A stretch of DNA of 64,000 nucleotides from Callorhinchus milii (Eukaryota), in NCBI RefSeq assembly GCF_018977255.1, contig NW_024704742.1:43030001-43094000 (forward strand), given 5' to 3'. The notes below the pieces were generated by a model. The model was not told the origin of the DNA and made no database searches. It was given only the letters and a program-made list of their open reading frames with translations. The position numbers and the translations under genes are program-made. Shown in pieces: positions 61,195 through 64,000 of this stretch (within the stretch, counting starts at the first letter, position 1; each line of letters opens with the position of its first letter).

Positions 61195-61615
61195 TAACAA
61201 TACAAAAATACAATGCACATTTACACTTCTACAAGCTTTTCACGCTGGGAGGACATCCCAAGGCACTTAACAACATTGGTTTGGTACTCGAACTGGAGGT
61301 GGGTGCCAAGGGGAAAGAATAATAATCCTTGCATCCTTACAAGACTGTGAGCAAACAGGTAGGTATTGAGACAAACTCTGAACCAGGTGAAGAAGGGAGC
61401 GAATTGGAGAGACTCTGGGATGAAGTTCTAGGGAGTAGGAGCAAATTGTCTGAAAGCCTGTTTAATGATGATAGGACGGGTAGTGCAGGGGATATGAAGC
61501 AGCTCAGGGTCCACTGAGCAAAGGAAGCAGCTGGGTCGGTAGGATTTGAGGAGGTTGCAGAGGTAGGGTGGGAGGAGAGCATGGTGGGATTTGAAGGTCA
61601 ACCTTGGTCATGAGG
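61195..61615 (-). mobile_element. L2 3' fragment
   Basis: TTTCACGCTGGGAGGACATCCCAAGGCAC tail and purine-rich body. Confidence 0.75.
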
Positions 61616-61639
61616 CCACTGCTAAAATAATCCACAATT

Positions 61640-61900
61640 TAGCTTCACTTTGTGAATCACTCTTGACTCTGGATCAGAAGGCTGTGTGTTCAAGCCGCAC
61701 AAGAGCCTTAAGCTTACAGTCAAGTAAAAGACTCCTGCATTATTGGAGGTGGCATCTTTCAGATGAACTATTGAACCAAAGATGTTAAAGATCTCAGGGG
61801 CCTATTAGAAATGGGAAGGAAGTGTTTTGCTGGTGTTCAGACCAACATCCTTCCAGATGAATTGGTCACACTGTGTGTGGGACTTTGCAGTGCATGAATT
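61640..61900 (+). mobile_element. Old Deu-SINE
   Basis: TCAGAAGGCTGTGTGTTCAAGCC, GATGTTAAAGATCTC, TGTGGGACTTTGC. Confidence 0.65.
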
Positions 61901-61904
61901 TGTG

Positions 61905-62045
61905 TTTTGGTCAGCTGGGTGTCTGACACAAGTGGAAATCCATCATATTGCTTAAGAGTATCCAAATCAAATTGAGAGTTATGCAGTCTAGTCTGAGTAC
62001 TCAAGCACGGTAATGGGTTTCCACATGTGTTAAGACACCCCATGG
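61905..62045 (-). mobile_element. 3' end of the unclassified non-LTR family, copy 4
   Basis: TTTTGGTCAGCTGGGTGTCTGA...TGCTTAAGAGTATCCAAATCAAATTGAGA. Confidence 0.8.
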
Positions 62046-62699
62046 CTGACCAATTTTTTTTGTTGTACGCAGCAAAATCCCACACGCAACGAATATCAAC
62101 CAAATTGATGGGATGAAATTCTCTTTTAATCTGACAGCTGTAATGATTCTAAATATGGACAAATATAACCTGGTACATCTTGGTCGTGAAACCATTGTAC
62201 AAAATAATCCATAATTCAGGTTCACTTAGTTGGCTTCTGTATTACTCGATAAGTTGATTATACATCAATAATTATCTTTAAAGCACTTTGAAATAAGTTG
62301 TTGTAAAAATGCAGATTTAATTTCCTAAATATTGGCAATATTATTCTGAATACCTTCAGAAAGCAGCAAGTAAACGTAACTGCTTCAATTTGAATTGGCC
62401 ACCAGAGGGTGTTGCAGTACACAGGCACAGCAGTTCATTGCACCATACATTCTTTTAAAATGTTCATTTATTTGTGCTTTGCTACGCTTTTTAGGCATGC
62501 TTTATTTTTTCATTGTTTTCCGTCTTTATATTTCCTCTGGCCAACTTTCATCATTTTACTGGTTGACAGATTTAGTTGCTAGATCTTCACAATGCCACTC
62601 TCAGTTTAACGTGTTCTCGGATTTTTTTGCTCCATCCTCTGGAGAGGTAAATTGCAACATTTCTGCTGTTTCCTCTAATGGCAGAGCTGTTCTTTGGTA

Positions 62700-63100
62700 A
62701 TACAACAACAATCTTTCCATTTGATATAGGACCTATCACACCAAAACAATTCACAAGGAATTTCTGTAAACTGCAGTGATTGTGTGTATTTATAGGTGAC
62801 TGCAGCAGGCAAACTGCACACAGTAACACCCCACAAACAACCATGAAATGAATGATCAATGGAGGATTGATTGTTGGCCAGGGTAAACTCCCCTGCCTTT
62901 TCAATGAGTGTAATGGAATTTTTAACATCCACAAGAATAGGTAGAGAGCACTGTGGTTTAATGTCTCATCCTTACGATGGCACCTCTATACTAAATATCA
63001 GCCTGGGCTATGAATTCAACACCCAAACGTAGCGCATGAACCCTCAATCTTCTGACCCAGAAGCGAGAGTGCTACCAGCTGAACCAGGCTGATGCCCTGG
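62700..63100 (-). mobile_element. Old Deu-SINE, near full length
   Basis: Tail at 62700, GGAATTTTTAACATCCAC, head CTTCTGACCCAGAAGCGAGAGTGCTACC. Confidence 0.75.
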
Positions 63101-63384
63101 TATGATAGGCATTCACTACAGCGTGCAACATGATGACAGCAAATATCTCAAGAGCTACAAGCTTTGGTGGAAATTTCACATATCTTCTATCTTCGTTAGC
63201 ATTGTGGTCCCATCAGCTGACTGAGACCACCCAGCTCTCATGTTCATTTTGTGTGCATGTTGACATGGGCATACTGATCATATGCTTTCTGAAAGAGTTT
63301 CTGCTTCATAATTTTGATCACTATATCCTGGAATCAACCTCATTGCTCTTCTCTAACTCCTCCTCAGCATTTCAATTGTGTCTG

Positions 63385-63725
63385 TTTGGCTCAGTTGGTA
63401 GCCATTGAGTGAGAAGATTTTGTGTCCAAGCTTTATGTACTTGAGCTCATACATACTCTAAATACAAAACTGGAGGAGTGCTGCATTATCACAAATATCA
63501 TATTTTAGGTTAAATGTTAAACCAAGATCTTTTCTGCCTTAAAGTGAACTCCTTCAGATTAATTGAGTCATTCACTTCATAGCTGTTTGTGAGATATTGC
63601 TGCTGTAAATAAATAGCTGCTCCACTTGCTTACACTTGACTACACTTGACTGTAATTACTTTTGAAACATTTTGAGATTTTTTCCACATGATAAAGTACT
63701 ATAAAATTTACAAGTTCTTTCTTTC
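63385..63725 (+). mobile_element. Old Deu-SINE
   Basis: TTGGCTCAGTTGGTAGC head, GCTGTTTGTGAGATATTGCTG and (CTTT)n tail. Confidence 0.7.
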
Positions 63726-64000
63726 TTCAATGTTCTATTGAAAATAGGGTGGCCAAAGTTGCATCCACTTTTTCAGATATTGTCTCATCAGTGATCTATT
63801 CAAGGATAGAATATAAAAATAAAACACCAGAAACATATGGTTGCTTCTGCTATATTAGGCATTCACTTGTGGATACTGGTAGTTTAACATTTAGATGTCC
63901 TTTGATATTTGATCCCTTCTTTATTTTAAATTTCTGGACACTTTTCCTCTACTAATCTTCTACTCCCTCTTCTAAGCGCAAAGTTAGGGAAATGTCAAGG

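Noticed and set aside
18900..64000. Exons of a neighbouring gene such as GBA3 (the human neighbour)
   Set aside because: No recognisable coding motif or exon found by eye, though small exons cannot be excluded.

Overview
This is vertebrate nuclear DNA, AT-rich and dense in repeats. The SINE/LINE repertoire points to a cartilaginous fish, probably a holocephalan (inference). It is not prokaryotic, so no operons or CRISPR arrays are expected. The only host gene I can support is the first coding exon of the adhesion GPCR ADGRA3 (GPR125) on the minus strand (17328->17031): signal peptide, LRR N-cap and GT donor, with an apparent 1-bp frameshift inside a poly-Ser tract. Bases 1-17030 are therefore its intron 1 (I could not find exon 2) and about 18.7-64 kb is upstream intergenic DNA. 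The exon is bracketed by oppositely oriented CA/TG-rich minisatellites and preceded by a uORF whose stop overlaps the start codon. The rest is a mosaic of young tRNA-Ala-headed Deu-type SINEs in long and short forms, older Deu-SINEs, L2 and CR1 LINE fragments, four 3' ends of a CCHC-bearing non-LTR family I cannot name, two candidate solo LTRs, several MITEs and palindromes, and short dispersed duplications at retroelement junctions. Element boundaries were read by eye and are approximate. Nearly all ORFs in the supplied track are spurious or TE-derived.
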